Part shown: in pieces, positions 63,067 through 64,000 of the stretch
Layout of the letters: every line of letters begins with the position of its first letter
Numbering within the stretch: the stretch's first letter is position 1
NCBI GenBank assembly: GCA_051294905.1
Contig: CM119386.1
Span: 5,580,001-5,644,000 of the forward strand
DNA length: 64,000 nt
Direction of reading: 5' to 3'
Source of the DNA: Botryllus schlosseri
Taxonomy: Eukaryota
Notes under the pieces: model-generated
Told to the model about the DNA's origin: nothing
Database searches by the model: none
Seen by the model: the letters and a program-made list of their open reading frames with translations, nothing else
Translations under genes and position numbers: made by a program

Positions 63067-63749
63067 CGATACCTGTCGAATTGATGCAGTCGATACAATG
63101 TAGGTCAGACATCGTAAGTCTAATATGCCAAATTATTGCATGGGATATTGCGGCATAGCATACTGATGTCCTCCAAGTTCCGATTACAACATTGAGGATA
63201 GCTTACCCGTGTCGCCTTCTATCCGAAAGCATTACTTAATAACAGGAAATACAATTTCTAGCGTTGCCAATCTCACCACCCTCTCAATTTCGAAGCGAAA
63301 CATTATTTTCATTGCAGTTTCAAATTTTCATTGAGTTGTCACTGTACTGATAACTCATACGATTTAAAACTAGAGATTCACAGGGAGGAGGAGTCAACTA
63401 TGGTATTCTAATGCATTTGACTTGGACTATATTGTGTAACAATAGTAATACTGTGAATTCGCCTGATAAAAAAGACATTTGTGAATCGTTTCGATTTCGA
63501 GTACAAATATACCCGCATCCCATGAGATTAGTTTCGTGCAAATATATTGATATTCATTAAATGAAGGTGGTGATATTGTTTGGCAATTTAGTTCAGAGTT
63601 GAGGAATGAAAGGAACCCCGACTGCATCATGAACAAATTGATTCGCGCCAGTCGTATCTATATCAAGGTAAATAGATGAGCCCGAGCTATCGGCGTGCCG
63701 TAACAAGAGTAGGCGAGGTCAAGGTAATCGCTATAGTATTCTCCATACA

Positions 63750-63920
63750 TAGGGTTGCATTTAAATCAAAAATCAATTTAAAACAAATGTGCTTGAAACA
63801 AGGCCCCGTTGTTTAAAACATGTTTTCATTTATTTTCATTTTGAGCCATGACGTCACGAATATTCAATTGACATTGACAATTGAAAATATAGGGTAAATG
63901 TAGCTCCTTTGACGAATTAG
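63750..63920. mobile_element. Partial copy of the 45859-46286 MITE family
   Basis: TAGGGTTGCATTTAAA left end; shared internal blocks GCCATG.CGTCAC.AATATTCAATT and ATAGGGTAAAT..AGCTCCTTTGACGAA. Confidence 0.7.
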
Positions 63921-64000
63921 ACTTTCAACCCCTGTTATATACGGACCAAAAATATTGTTAGCCAGGACTACATCGTCATGCAGCATGTTTTGCGGTCGGC

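Overview
Eukaryotic, AT-rich, intron-containing animal genomic DNA. An ascidian or similar invertebrate chordate is my inference, from 51-65 nt minimal introns, ERCC8 intron positions resembling those I recall for vertebrates, and an LRR-less LDLa-GPCR. Five protein-coding genes were built by hand with consistent GT-AG phases: (1) the 5' seven exons of ERCC8/CSA (minus strand, running off the left edge); (2) an intronless carnosine N-methyltransferase (CARNMT1); (3) a 9-exon FabG-like short-chain dehydrogenase starting 392 bp downstream of it; (4) an uncharacterised ~711-aa low-complexity protein with repeated EPIYA-like tyrosine motifs; (5) an ~905-aa rhodopsin-class GPCR with ~9 LDLa modules and no LRRs. 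About 17.5 kb (~27%) of the window is non-autonomous hAT-type elements from ~13 TIR families, 12 of them with perfect 8-bp TSDs. There are also tRNA-derived SINEs and L2-like and RTE-like LINE fragments. The most striking structure is an 809-bp-arm fold-back palindrome of a Penelope-like GIY-YIG 3' end with candidate minimal hammerhead ribozymes, nested in a hAT element inside an SDR intron. No rRNA, true tRNA or CRISPR array was seen. Coordinates were counted by hand, and family assignments rest on motif recognition, not database searches.
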